From Octopus vulgaris (lineage: Eukaryota): a stretch of 64,000 bases of DNA. A program made the translations under genes and the position numbers. Each line of letters opens with the position of its first letter. Within the stretch, counting starts at the first letter, position 1. The notes beneath the pieces are model-generated. The model worked only from the letters and a program-made list of their open reading frames with translations, did not search any database and was not told where the DNA came from. The DNA lies in assembly GCA_951406725.2 (NCBI GenBank), contig OX597815.1, forward strand, positions 117,862,001 to 117,926,000, written 5' to 3'. Below are positions 40,573-53,555 of the stretch, piece by piece.

Positions 40573-42209
40573 AGACAATATACATATGCATATGCACACA
40601 TACAAGTCACACATGAAATAATGAAAATTCTTAGAAATAGGCAACAGATATTTGGGGTATAGTGGTGGTTAAGACTTTTCATTGTACTGTGTTCTCCATT
40701 AACCGACGAAGGAGTCACTACGTGGTCATACGAACATCCTATAGTAGCTGAATGAACGAACGAATGAATGAATAAATGAGTGAATGAATGAAAGATGGGT
40801 AGATGGAAAGATGGCTGGATGGAATGGGATTGGACTGGATTGAATTAGATTGGATAGATTGGATTGGCTAGCCTGCTGGTTGATTGACTATCTGTCGTTC
40901 GACATGAAGGATTCACTCAATTCAATTATCAACTCCTGAATTAGTATATAATTGACTGAGCATTCCATAGACATGTGTACCCTAAACGCAATTCTCAGAG
41001 TCAGCGTGACATAGTGTGACAAGGATGTCCCTTTGAATTGGACGCAATCTATCCGGCGGGCTTCTATAGGGTTTTCGTCAAGCCAGTTTCACTCACAGTA
41101 CATGGGTCGATCCGCGGTTGTACAAAATGACATCTGTTCAAGATGCCACACAATGGTATCGAACTTGGGTCCTCGTGGTTTCGAAACAGACTTCTTAACT
41201 ACACTCTACTTATAGTAGCTAAATCTTCATTTCATCACATCGTACTTTCTATTTCTAACACATCGAGTGACTACGTAGAAGCTTGTTTTGGCTCGCATTT
41301 AAGACATTTGGTATTAGTAATACTGTTGTCATTTCGCGCCAGGCCAGCTTCTCTCATTGAAGTAAGCCGGTAATATTCTGTATTTTAAAGGGTATCTAAG
41401 ACTACCTTATCCAACAAATTCTTTCCTTATTTGAAGACGGCAGGGGTGTGTGACTTGGAGACATTTGGTTGCCATTTCTAGCAGGTTGATCGAGGAGACA
41501 TGCTGAAGTAAACGTTTCTTTTTTTTTTTTCTTTTTTTAGTGTTTGGTTGGTCTTAAGGAAATATAACGTACATTTATGGAAGAAAAAAAACGTCTGCCT
41601 AGGATAATTTTGTCGGTGAGAGGCAAAATGTCATTGGTGAGAAGGAAAGAGAGAAAAGAAAAGGGAGAAGTCGGAAGAGGAACAGGTTTAAATGGGAGAT
41701 AGAGTGAAGAGAAAAGGAGTCAAGAGAACGAGAGATTGGAGTGTGTGTGTGTGTGTGTGAGGGAATGTAATGTTAGGGAGAAGGAGGGAGGCAGATTGGA
41801 GAAAGGAAGGAATGGTTTGCATTCTCTTGAACTGATTGTATGTTTACATGAACAGGATCAAGGATTCGACATTGTTGTGGTTAATTTAGTCGTTATTATT
41901 ATCTTCGCTGTTTCTATTGTTGTTGTTATTGTTCCACTTGTTGTGGTTGTTCTGCTGTTGCTTCCGTGTTTCATGGAAAATTGGCTCCGTTCTCCGTTGT
42001 TCATCCAACACGTTTTTTCCACAATATTTTTTAATATCATCATCGTTCACACATACATACACAGTTACACGCACACACACACGCACACACACACACATAC
42101 TCACACACACACTCCTCTTCATCACAACCTCCTCCCACGCTCATCATACAAACCTCATTATTTTCAGTTTCTCTTTGATGAAGCGAATCTCTTATTTCAC
42201 GTCTCTTCT

Positions 42210-42253
<44 letters not shown>

Positions 42254-42306
42254 TACATACATACATACACACATACATACAAACATAATATATATATACA
42301 TGTGTG

Positions 42307-42344
<38 letters not shown>

Positions 42345-42465
42345 TGCATACATGATATATATATACGCACACACGCACACACACACACATATATACATAG
42401 ATATAAACATATATACACACCCATATACATCCATATATCCATATATATATGTATGTTTGTATATA

Positions 42466-42511
<46 letters not shown>

Positions 42512-42959
42512 CCCTGGTTGTGGACGGTCTGACTCTCTCATCCTTCTTTTCTCTCTCTCTCTCTCACACACCTCTTTGTCTTTCCCTCTCTCCATCCGTC
42601 CATCTCTACTTTCGTTTTCGTTTAAATCGCTTATTTCCCGTGTCCATGGAGCGACGCGTGTATTATTCTCGAAACAGCATCAAACCACAAAACAAAAAAA
42701 CTCATTGCACCCCCCTCACCCAGCAGATTCCAGTAAGTTATTCCACCAGTATTGTATAGCAATGTGTTATACAACCAGTATAGTAAGTCTAGAAGTAAGT
42801 CAAAGATTGTGAGTAGAGTTCTATAATGTTGGACTAAACCACGAAGCACAAACTAAACACAATGGTTTAGTAACATGTGCAATTATTTTAGCGTGTAGTA
42901 CACTAGGTTAAAAACAAAGTGCAGTTCTATCGACGCATGTCTGCTCTCCTTTAGAAAGA

Positions 42960-43792
42960 GTTGTAGAAGTAGTAGTTGTAATAGTAATACTAGAAATAGT
43001 AGCAGTACTACTACTACTAATAGTAGTAGTAGTAGTAGTAGCAGCAACAGCAACACTACTAGTAGTAGTAGCAACAGCAGCAACACTGGTAGTAGTAATA
43101 GTTGTAGTAATAGTAGTAGTAGGAGTAGCAGCAGCAACACTGGTAGTAGTAGTGTTAGTAGTAGTAGTAGCAACAACAGCAACACTAGTTGTAGTAGTAG
43201 TAGTTGTCGTAGTAGTAGCAGCAACACTGGTAGTAGTAGTGTTAGTAGTAGTAGTAGCAACAACAGCAACACTAGTTGTAGTAGTAGTAGTAGCAGCAAC
43301 ACTGGTAGTAGTAGTAGTAGTTGTAGTAATAGTAGTAGTAGCAGCAGCAGCAACACTGGTAGTAGTAGTAGTGTTAGTAGTAGTAGTGGCAACAACAGCA
43401 ACACTGGTTGTAGTAGTAGTAGCAGCAGCAACACTGGTAGTAGTAGTAGTAGTGTTAGTAGTAGTAGTAGCAACAACAGCAACACTAGTTGTAGTAGTAG
43501 TAGTTGCAGCAACATTGGTAGTAGTAGTGGTAGTGGTAGTAGTAGTAGTTGTAGCAGCAGCATTGGTAGTAGTAGTGGTAGTGGTTGTAGTAGTAGCAGC
43601 AGCAGTAACAACACTGGTAGTAGTAGTAGTAGCAGCAGCAATGCTGGTAGTAGTAGTAGTAGTAGTAGTAGTAGTAATAGTAGTAGTTGTAGCAGCAACA
43701 CTGGTAGTAGTAGTGTTGGTAGTAGTAGTGTTAGTAGTAGTAGTAGCAACAACAGCAACATTAGTAGTAGTAGTAGTAGTGGTAGTAGTTGC
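42960..43792. repeat. Complex (TAG/CAG/CAA)n satellite with higher-order units
   Basis: Recurring blocks GCAACAACAGCAACACTAGTTG and GCAGCAACACTGG separated by (TAG)n. Confidence 0.95.
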
Positions 43793-43999
43793 ATTCGACC
43801 GAATTCAACCTTTTCTGGAGCACCCCTATGCTAAACATGGCCATCCTATCTTTTATGTGAGACATTGTGTATCTAGGACTACATTATCTAATGTGACCAA
43901 TCTGTCCTCTTCTGTTTTTTCTTCTTACGATGACAGGTGTGAAGTGAGAATCATTCGGCTGCTCTTCATAGTAAGTAGAGCATCCGCATAGGGGTTTCC

Positions 44000-44000
44000 T

Positions 44001-44052
<52 letters not shown>

Positions 44053-44078
44053 TTTAGTAGTAGTAGTAGTAGTAGTGA

Positions 44079-44110
<32 letters not shown>

Positions 44111-44150
44111 GTGATGGTAGTAGTAGTAGTAGTAGTTGTAGTAGTAGTGA

Positions 44151-44189
<39 letters not shown>

Positions 44190-44287
44190 CAGCAGCAGCA
44201 ATAGTAGTGTAGTAGTAGTAGTAGTAATATTAGTAGTAGTAGTAGTAGTAGTAGCAGCAGCAGCAATAGTAGTAGTTGTAGTAGTAA

Positions 44288-44373
<86 letters not shown>

Positions 44374-44421
44374 TAGTAGTTGCAGTAGTAGTAGTAGTAG
44401 TAGTAGTAGTAGCAGCAGCAG
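44000..44421. repeat. (TAG)n/(CAG)n microsatellite
   Basis: Directly visible. Confidence 0.97.
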
Positions 44422-44869
44422 CGGGAGCTTAGAAATACAACGAAGAGCACAAAAACTGTTGTACAGTAACGTAATAATAGTTGAGTGTTTGTTTCTCCAG
44501 GGTTAGTGAAGTCCATCATGACGACATGTTGTTTGAATCGGAATGGGACTAATGTCCCTTCTTTAAATCTTACATAATCATATCCAAAGACAGGTGAAGT
44601 TTAATTTGAAACCCTCGTCCAACCACACACCACACTTATACACCGAAATGAATATTTCTAATTCTCGATTCGGATAAAAATAAATAAATAAAAAGCGGTA
44701 AGGCTGTTCGAATCTATAGAGTATAATAGTTATAGCGCAATAGCGTAATAAAGTAGTTGCGTAATAGAATGTAGGTGTGGAATAGTACAGTACTACTACA
44801 GTACAGGACGCACGCACAGACACACGCACAGACACACGCACACATAGGCACGCAAGTAGAACTGTACAT

Positions 44870-44934
<65 letters not shown>

Positions 44935-45124
44935 CTTCATAATTTTGAGTCAACACCGATCATTGATGGGTCTGTCTGTCTGTCTGTCTATCTATCGCCC
45001 TCTCTGTGTGTAAAATGAAAAGTACCAGTGGTCGATCGCTGATCAAAGATTATGGACTTTCTGTTTTGTCTTACGTTTGTTTTTACATTCAGTATTACGT
45101 TATGTCGTTTGTTTATATATTTTT

Positions 45125-45184
<60 letters not shown>

Positions 45185-45296
45185 ATACATATCCGCCTGT
45201 ATATTTGTCTGTCCGTTTCCAAACAGGCACACATATTCATTCAATACATATATGTGTGTATGTATATATTTAATTACGCGCAATACACTCATTTAC

Positions 45297-45358
<62 letters not shown>

Positions 45359-45361
<3 letters not shown>

Positions 45362-46275
45362 CTTTATCCCCGTCTGTCTTGATAGACAATGGGTTGCGCC
45401 AAGGGTGGGGCCTACTTTGATGATGTGCAGCGTCTGCTGTGACTGAACAGTCCAATTCTAGAGTGGCAGTCCTTGGTACAGTTGCTGCACACAAACATCG
45501 ATGGGTACGTGTGGGGTGTTGCTGCAGTTGTCTTCCTCCTGTCCCGCCTGTCCAACCACAACTGTGCTCTCCTCTCCTCAGCCATGGAAACGCCTTTCCT
45601 CACTGTCCGACGCCAGGCAGAGCGGTCAGCAGCTGTTTCCTCCCACGTGTCCACACAGATGTTGGCAGTCCTCAGGTCGCGCTTGCACACGTCCCTGTAT
45701 CGTAGCTCTGGACGTCCCTTAGGTCGGGATCCCGTGGTGAGTTCGCTGTACAGGATGTCTTTAGGCATGCGACCGTCCTGCATGCGGCAGACGTGTCCGA
45801 GCCAGCGCAGTCGTCTCCGCACGAGGAGGGCATACATGCTTGGCATATTAGTCTGCTCCAGGATGACTCCGTTTGGTACTCGGTCCCTCCAGGAGATGCC
45901 AAGGATCCGTCGAAGACACCGCATGTGGAAGCCGCTGAGGCGGCATTCCTGCCGGGTGTATGTTGTCCAGCTCTCGCTGCCGTAGAGTAGGGTGCTCAGC
46001 ACGCAGGCTCGGTACACTGCGATCTTGGTGGTTATTGTGAGCATGTTGTTTTCCCACACTCTCCTGGAGAGCTTAGCCATGGCAACAGCAGCCCTCCCAA
46101 TCCGTCTGTTCAGCTCCGGCTCGAGGGACAGGCTGCTGGAGACCATCGATCCCAGGTAAGTGAACTCGTTCACCACCTGCAAGCTGTGGTCGCCGACACT
46201 GATGCTGGGGACCCCTCCGACGTCCTGGCCCATGATCTCTGTCTTTTTCAGGCTGATGGTAACGCCGAACTCTTG
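45359..46275 (-). mobile_element. 5'-truncated RTE-clade LINE: end of RT, thumb and C-terminal domain, plus short 3' UTR
   Basis: Uninterrupted 287-aa frame 46275-45412 with FGVTISLKKT, FTYLGS, LLYGSESW, RRLRWLGHVCRM, RPKGRP, AADRSAWR and CxxC...HxxxC. The MYVC start of the listed ORF is microsatellite. Confidence 0.95.
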
Positions 46276-46319
46276 TATATATATACATACATACATACAT
46301 ACATACATACATACATACA

Positions 46320-46350
<31 letters not shown>

Positions 46351-46882
46351 TGATATACGTATATATCTATGGTTGTCTACTTCAGAGCCTAACCTTACAT
46401 CTTAGATCTGTCATGACGTCCAATTTGGCTTTTTAAACCAGGCAATGTTCTGAAAGGACACCCATATAGATTGCATATCCTGATCTTTGTGGAGCTTAGA
46501 ATGTCTTTTGAGGACCCGGCATTGACAGGTGTTCACAGATATATAGGAAGCGTAGTTGGTGAAGGTTAGTTTTCATGGATCACCATATATGTATATGTGT
46601 GTGTGTGTGTGTATGTGTGCTTGTGTGTGTGTGTGTGTGTGTGTGTGTATACATACATACATACATACATACATACATACATACATACGTACGTACATAC
46701 ATGCATGCATACATACATACATATGTATGCATACACACACACACACACACATACATATAAAGATAAGTTTAAGATCAAAATTATTAATCTTATGGAAAGT
46801 ACTGTTACGACTTTTCGGAAAAAGACTTTTTTCGACAGATATTGTAGAATGAAAACAGTGTATGTGTGTGTGTGTTTGTATG

Positions 46883-46933
<51 letters not shown>

Positions 46934-46956
46934 TCGTCTGTGTGTGTGTGCGTGCG

Positions 46957-46994
<38 letters not shown>

Positions 46995-47413
46995 ACTATA
47001 TATATATATATATATATAAAAGTGAAAATGAAAACGCAAAACATTTGACGTCACTTTAAAAGGACATTTAATTTAGATAGAGAACATATTTATACTCTCT
47101 ATCTAAATCAATTATCCTTTTCAAATGTTTGATGCTTTTTCATTTTTAGTTTAATCTATATCCACCTGCTCAATGAAAAACTAATTCTAGCCACCTCTGA
47201 TAGGCAGTCTCGATACCATACTTTCAGTTGCAGTTCAAGACAAAATTTTAGTGGTATACCTAACTGAGCATTCATAGTATATACCTATTACTTTATGTCA
47301 GTGGGCGAAAACTCCTTATATATTCCATAAATATATATCTAAATATATATATATATCTAATTATATATATATATAAATATATATAAATGCGTGTGTGTAT
47401 ATATACGTACATA

Positions 47414-47468
<55 letters not shown>

Positions 47469-47481
47469 TATGTGACAATTA

Positions 47482-47563
47482 TTCGGTTGCCTTAATAAGA
47501 CTCCGAGTTTCGGATGTCGGGGTGGAAACGTCCGGCATCTCGTCAGTTATAGAGGCAATCGAA
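47482..47563 (-). ncRNA. Type I hammerhead ribozyme-like motif
   Basis: Minus strand TTCGATTGCCTCTATAA-CTGACGA-GATGCCGG...CCGACATC-C-GAAAC-TCGGA-GTC-TTATTAAGGCAACCGAA. Stem I is ATAA/TTAT plus TTGCCT/AGGCAA; there is one extra C before GAAA. Confidence 0.65.
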
Positions 47564-47708
47564 AAATGACGAGATGCCGGAGGTTTCCGCAAAGCTCAGA
47601 GTCTTATTATGCCAACCGAATAATTGTCACATATTATATTACAGATAAATTCTTCTATTTACATAATATCGAGGTCTCATTCATTATTTTGTTGTCTTAC
47701 CATTACCA

Positions 47709-47742
<34 letters not shown>

Positions 47743-47814
47743 CCAAGCTGTGTTCCCATGTAGCACATTTGCATATTCCAGTCCTCCAAAACTGCAGGAA
47801 GCTGTTGTAAATGT

Positions 47815-48815
47815 GTGAAACATCGACTCCAGTACTCAACTGGTATTTATTTCATCGACCCCCGAAAGGATGAAAGGCAAAGTTGACTAGGGTGGAATTT
47901 GAACTCGGAAAGTAAATTTGGATTTAAAAAACTGTAGGGGGAGAGAGAGAGAGAGGAGGGAGGGAGAAGACAGTGTGAGTAGAGAAGAAGAGGAATAAAG
48001 GAAAAATAAGCAGGAAGAGGATGATGAATTCTTTCTCATTTTGGCACAAGGTCAGCAGTTTTATGAGTTGATTATATAGAGGTTTGAACACGGAACGTAA
48101 AGAGCTGGAAAAAGGGCCGCAAAACATTTTGCCTCGCATAGTAACGATTGTGCTAGCCCGCCGCCTTAATAATAATAATCCGTTCTACTATAGGCACAAG
48201 ACCTGAAATTTTGGGGGAGGGTTACGAGTCAATTACATCTACCTCAGTGCCTGACTGGTACTCATTTTATCGACCCTGAAAGGAGGAAAGGCAAAGTCGA
48301 CCTCAGCGGAATTTGAACTCAAAGCGAAACAACGGGTGAAATACCGCCAACGGTTTCGCCCGGCGTGCTAACGATTCTGCCAGCTCGCCGCCTTCTTAAT
48401 TATAATAATAATAATCCTTTCGACGATAGGCACAAGGTCTGAAATTTGATGGGGAGGGGTTAAATCGATTACATCGACCCCAGTACTCAACTGGCACTTA
48501 ATTTATCGACGCCGAAACGATGAAAGGCAATGTCGACCTCAGCGGAATTTGAACCCCAGCCATAAAGACAAACGAAATACCTATTTCTTTACTACCCACA
48601 AGGGGCTGCACACAGGGGGGGGGTCAAACAAGGACAGACAAACGGATTAAGTCGATTATATCGACCCCAGTGCGTAACTGGTACTTATTTAATCGACCCC
48701 GAAAGGATGAAAGGCAATGTCGACCTCGGTGGAATTTGAACTCAGAACGTAACGACAGACGAAATACGGCTACGCATTTCGCCAGGCGTGCTAACGTTTC
48801 TGCCAGCTCGCCGCC
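47815..48815 (-). mobile_element. Head-to-tail cluster of about 5 SINE family B copies and fragments
   Basis: GGAATTTGAAC core at about 47895, 48308, 48544 and 48731, plus a deleted copy at 48040-48165. Confidence 0.9.
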
Positions 48816-48816
48816 T

Positions 48817-48869
<53 letters not shown>

Positions 48870-49419
48870 ATAGTAGTAGTAGTAGTAGTAGTAGTAGTAA
48901 TGAAAAGAAGAAGTAATGAAGACTAATCGTCGAGGGATATGGAATATCTATATATATAAACTCTAAGCGTGCAAATGTAAAATATAGAAAATATGTATTT
49001 CTCTATATTAAATATGATGGGTAAAACCAGAGTTGTATGAACAGCTGGGTAGAAATTCATAAGAAAATATTTTGAGAACTTTGAAGTTATTAACATATTT
49101 AATGTAGAAAATCTACATATATTTATTGGAAAGTGTTCGCTTTAACGATTATAGACGATGTGAAGACATCTAACATTTTTTTTTAATACAAACATTACTT
49201 GGAATCCTCTTATAATTCCCTTTCAGAGTGCTTGATCCTTAATGTGCGAAGATATTGCCTTATTCTTCACTTATTCAGAGATGTTAGTGACTTGAATCGC
49301 TATGTGTAACAATAACTTTTCCGAACATAAAAGTTTTCTAATTTGCATGTAGTGCGATATTCGGTCACGTAGTTAATTAAATACTAAATAATTTTTATTC
49401 AGTGTATTATTGGTTTCGT

Positions 49420-50450
49420 TTCAAAATTGGCAGAAGTCCAGCGATTTGCAGAGAAGTTGATGTAATCGACCACAGTGTTCAACGGGCACCTATTTTATCG
49501 GCTCCCAAAGGCGTGTTAACGACCCTGCTAGCTCACTGCCTTCTTACTCAGTGCTTTATTAGCAAATATATGAAGAGCTAACAGCCCTTGTGAAGTCCTT
49601 TAATTTGCAAAGTATGATGCTGTCATAGCTCAGTTTAGTAGAGGCACAAAGCCATGAATGTGATGCAAAGTGGCTGGGAGCTTGGTGGTCGATTAGATCG
49701 ACACCAGTTCTTGACTTAGCCTGTATTTTACACGACACCGAAATGATGAAAGATAAGGTTAACTCCGGCGTGATTTGAACTCAAAATGTAAAGATCCAGG
49801 ACAAATATCGTAAGATATCTTGTCGGACGCAAACAGTTCTGTTGTAATAATTGTTGTTAATAGGGCACGAGGTCTGAAATATGAGGAAATATGAGGAACA
49901 GCTCCAGAATTTGGTTGGAAGTTTGCTTTATCGACGCCGGAAAAAAATGAAAGGCGAAGTTGATATCGGCCAGATTTGATTCCAGAACGTAAAAACCCCG
50001 GAGAAATTCCACAATGTATGTTTTCAGTATCTTCTGTTTGTGGCTCAAGACCAACAAATTTTTTTTGCAGGACGGGAAAGTCAATTACATCGACCTCCGA
50101 ACTCAACAGGTACTTATTTTATCGAACTCGAAAAGATGAAGAGCAAAGTCGATCTCGGCGAAATTTGAGCTCAGAACATAAAGACGGTCGAAATGCCGTT
50201 AAGCATTTTGTTCGGCGTGCTAACTCTTCTGCCAGCTTGCTGCTTTGTTTCTAATTAATGATTTCTAATACAAGTACAACACAATGAAGAGAGGAACTTA
50301 GCTAATATTATCAACTCAGTACTTGACTGATGATTTATTTTATCGAGCCTGAAAGAATATAAAGTGAAGTTAGCTTCATTTGGATTTGAAAGACCTGAAG
50401 AAGAACCGCAAAAACATTTTTTTAGGATGCTCTAACGATTTTGCCATTCC
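49420..50450 (-). mobile_element. Cluster of diverged SINE family B copies
   Basis: Repeated TTTATCGA...GATGAA...ATTTGA motifs; the best copy is at 50060-50240. Confidence 0.7.
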
Positions 50451-50888
50451 ATTGCCTTTCTCTTTGTTGCAATAATGTGCAATGCAAATTCCAACTCATA
50501 AACGAATTCATACTGATACTTATATTTATATTTAAACCTATCACATGGTGGCACCATTATCGAACTGATCGCAAGATTTTGGCATATATATATAGAATGA
50601 ATTGAATTTATATCTCTGTTATGGCTCTTTAACTTATCCACGGTTTCTTTTGATGTCTATTTTGCACCCAACCTCACTACCTAAAACCCCCTCCACCACA
50701 ACCACCAATGATAATAATAATAGCAACAACAACACTCGTGACTGCATTTACGTGTTTGATGCACGCACAACTTCCTTCTATCTAGGAGCGTCGATGCATG
50801 TCTACCTATTGTTTTATTCATATCTGTATGTGTGCCTGCTCCTCTGTATGGCATATTATTGTTTCACTATGAATCTCTTTCTCTCTCC

Positions 50889-50942
<54 letters not shown>

Positions 50943-52229
50943 CACCCTGTCATTACACACACACACACATATATGTATGCGTTTGTGTGTATGTATATAC
51001 ACATATGTGTGTATTTCCTCTCACGCTTGTACGTATGTGCAGTATTAAAATTATGTCATTAATATATTTTTTTTTCCAGAAATATATATCCATTCATGCA
51101 TGTCCTTGGATCGATCGTTCTGCTGACATATTTACTCTTACTTACAATGCTTTAGAAGATGCGTTGGCTGTCAGATAAATAAATCGACCTAGAATAGCAA
51201 ACGATGAAATAGGTCACTTGCGATGGAAGGGTCACGTGCAAGAGCAGCAACGTATATAATTAAGATAGTTTACAATGAGTATTTTTCTCTTTTCTTGCAC
51301 GACACAGAAATTGTAACAGAAATTGCTTACATTGATTCAAGAAGTTAAGAATTGCTAATGATATCTTGGTGATTCGTAATGTAATTACTTCAGAAAATAT
51401 GCTCTTCCCTTTAGATGATCGATACACATTAATGCTTAAAGAATAATAGATTAAAGTATTCTTTTATATATCTAAACGTTTTAATAGGAATGAACCTTGA
51501 AAAGAAGCGTTGATACTAGATTTTTATCTTTCCTGCTTCGATGGTAAAAGCTCTTCATTTGTTACTGCCTTTTTTGTTTTTTTAAAGCGTTATCTAGTGT
51601 TTATAGAAATGTAGCACTTTTCATAAATTGTTCAAGCTAGTAAACAAAAATACCCACACTGTTAAGCAATGCACTTAGCTTAAGCATGTCACTGGTATTG
51701 CAGTTGTAGGAAAATATGAATAATATTTCTGAACGCATTTAATCACGTTATCGAACTTTCCTATCAATTATCTTGTCTTTTTAGCGTCAGTCAGACTTCG
51801 TGTGTGTGTGTGTATGTTCCAAAGAGGTGGCATGCTACATAACTCGTGGCCTTCTCGCATAGCTTCTAGATCTACATCTGTGAATACACCAAACCACGGC
51901 TATCATTGTAAAAATGAAAAGCTCTCAATGTAGTATTTCACTATAATAGCTGTTTTAATTATTGGTTTATTCGTTTTATGTATACGGGAGGAAAGTATAA
52001 AAAAATAATGTCGCTTCTTATTTTCCTCTTTTTTATTCCCTTTTCTCTCAAATTTTTGTTACACTAGCACAATTTAGATGGATATTAAAGAATAATCTAA
52101 TCTATAAATATATAGCCACCCTAATGTCCTCACCACTGACAACACCGTCTTTCTAAAAAATTACAAAACAATGACAATAAAACATTCATACCTTATTTCC
52201 CAGAGAACGATTAACCCCAAAATATTGAC

Positions 52230-52405
52230 TTCAAATTCTGGCGCAAGACCAGCAAGTTCGAAGTAAGAGATAATTCGATTACATCGTCCCCAGTGTTCAA
52301 TAGGAACTTACTTTATCGATTCTGAAAAGCTAAGAGGCAAAGTCGACGGACGAAATGCCGCTAAGTATTTTGCTCAGCGTGTTTACGATTCTGGCAACTC
52401 GCCGT
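52230..52405 (-). mobile_element. SINE family B, internally deleted
   Basis: Family motifs. Confidence 0.75.
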
Positions 52406-52776
52406 CTTCTAATCTCAAATATTAATATCTTCTTCAGTGCAATGCTACAGTTTTCCATAATACTCCTGCATCTCCTGCATTCTATGTTATTATAAGGGTC
52501 CGAAAAGTTACAAACTTTACAGCTTTCTTTAGGTCTAACGGTGTTCACCCCGCCTGAACCATTCTAAAAGACACATTTAATATTACAACTATGCTCTAAA
52601 ATAATATAGTCGCCTACAACAATGTTCTGCTAATGCCGCTCTCCAACCAATCTCATGACTGCCAACAACATCACCGCTATAAGCCTACTAAATACTTTCA
52701 TTTTCAGCGATACTTCGATATTTTCCCTTCCATTCTTCAGGTTACTTTGCATTTCTCTTGCAATATATTATATTGG

Positions 52777-53190
52777 CAAGGTGGCGAACTGGGCCGGGCG
52801 AACTGGGCCGGGCGAAATGCTTAGCGGTATTTTGTCTTTACGTTCTGAGTTAAATTGCCTTTCATCCTTTTCGGGGACGATAAATTAAGTACCAGTTGCG
52901 TACTGGAGTCGATCTAATCGACTGACCCCCCCACTTCCGCCTCCCAAAATTCGGGCCTTGTGCCTGGAGTAGAAAAGAATATATTACATTGGCAAGGCGG
53001 TGAACTGGCAGAATGCTTAGCGGTATTTCGTCTGTTTTTACGTGCTAAGTTCAAATTCCGCCGAGGTTGACTTTGCCTTTTATCCTTTCGAGGTTGATAA
53101 ATCAAGTACCAGTTGAGTATTGGGGTCGATGTGATCGCCTGGCCCCTGCCCACATAATCCAGGCCTTGTGCCTATAGTAGAAAGAATATA
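52777..53190 (+). mobile_element. Two tandem SINE family B copies
   Basis: ATTGGCAAGGYGGYGAACTGG...GGCCTTGTGCCT...GTAGAAA occurs twice. Confidence 0.85.
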
Positions 53191-53439
53191 TTATATTGGC
53201 AGAATCACGAGAGCTTCATTTAAACTACTACGATCTTTTACATTCTGAGTTCAAATCCATATACTATTAGTTTTGCTTTTATTTTCCCTGTAATCCTTCC
53301 GGAGGATCAATAAAATTGGTAAGTATTGAAGTATATTATCGAATACACCCTTTCTTAAAATTCCAAGTTATGCCGATGGAAGAAATCTATATATATAATA
53401 TCATTATATATATATCTTCACTTTTCGTATGCATGAGAA

Positions 53440-53555
53440 GGCACGTAGTTAAGTGGTTAAGGTGATGCACTCACCGCCTCCGGTCGTGGATTCTAATCCT
53501 GGACTGGGCGGTGTGTTTTTTTTGTTCTTGAGCAAAACACGCCATTTCACATTGC
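53440..53555 (+). mobile_element. SINE family C-like head fragment
   Basis: AGGCACGTAGTTAAGTGGTTAAGG...TCTTGAGCAAAACACGCCATTTCAC. Confidence 0.6.

Noticed and set aside
41736-42812. 358-aa plus-strand ORF
   Set aside because: It starts at TTG and runs through successive microsatellites; no domain is recognisable.
42883-43991. Poly-Leu (303 aa) and poly-Val (279 aa) membrane-like ORFs
   Set aside because: They are alternative frames of a (TAG)n-type satellite.
46276-46344. ATG start of the 310-aa RTE ORF
   Set aside because: It is supplied by the flanking (TATG)n; the element is 5' truncated and lacks the endonuclease and catalytic RT motifs.
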